In this document: piece after piece, positions 63,688 through 64,000 of the stretch
How positions within the stretch are numbered: position 1 is the first letter of the stretch
Layout: the number at the start of each line of letters is the position of its first letter
Source of the DNA: Octopus sinensis
Taxonomy: Eukaryota
Assembly (NCBI RefSeq): GCF_006345805.1
Contig: NC_043001.1
Span: 23,498,001-23,562,000, forward strand
DNA: 64,000 bases
Direction: 5' to 3'
Program-made: the position numbers and the translations under genes
Notes under the pieces: model-generated
Told to the model about the DNA's origin: nothing
What the model saw: the letters and a program-made list of their open reading frames with translations, nothing else
Database searches by the model: none

Positions 63688-64000
63688 GACAGGCTTCTTT
63701 CAGTTTCCGTCTACCAAATCCACTCACAAGGCTTTGGTTGGCCCGAGACTAGAGTAGAAGACACTTGTCCAAGGTGCCACGCAGTGGGACTGAACCCGGA
63801 ACCATGTGGTTTGTAAGCAAGCTACTTACCACTCAGCCTTTTTTTAACTAAGTTTTTTTTTTCCTCCATTACTTAGCTTGTCTGTAATGCTTTCCCATGA
63901 TTAGTTGAAGGGAAAGGCGAAGAGTGAGAGAAAAAGGGAGAGAAAGTAAATGGAGGGTAAGGTAGAGAGTGAGGGAGAAAAAGTGAGAGTGGTGTGTATT

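Overview
AT-rich, repeat-dense animal genomic DNA. The repeat families look like a coleoid cephalopod, most likely Octopus (recognition from memory, not checked). One protein-coding gene crosses the window on the + strand: 16 internal exons (6538-61207, about 4.1 kb of CDS, about 1,360 codons) of a full-size ABC subfamily A transporter (ABCA3-like). All 15 introns are GT-AG and phase-compatible. The exons encode the end of ECD1, TMD1, NBD1, R1, TMD2/ECD2 and the first half of NBD2. The start and stop codons lie outside the window. The introns hold RTE LINE bodies and about 20 RTE 3'-UTR fragments, several tRNA-derived SINE families, mariner relics, Helitrons, piggyBac-type and hAT MITEs, CR1 and RLE-type LINE relics, and microsatellites. 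The most notable observations are: (1) two minimal type I hammerhead-ribozyme-like motifs about 450 bp apart in one intron; (2) three long-TIR foldback MITEs with GGC termini and 8-9 bp TSDs (Merlin- or MULE-type), one of which carries another copy's flank; (3) three unrelated near-perfect palindromes of about 210-370 bp embedded in (AT)n. No prokaryotic-type system, CRISPR array, rRNA or intact tRNA gene is supported. Most ORFs in the supplied track are microsatellite or repeat noise. Repeat coordinates marked approx. are good to about 10-20 bp.
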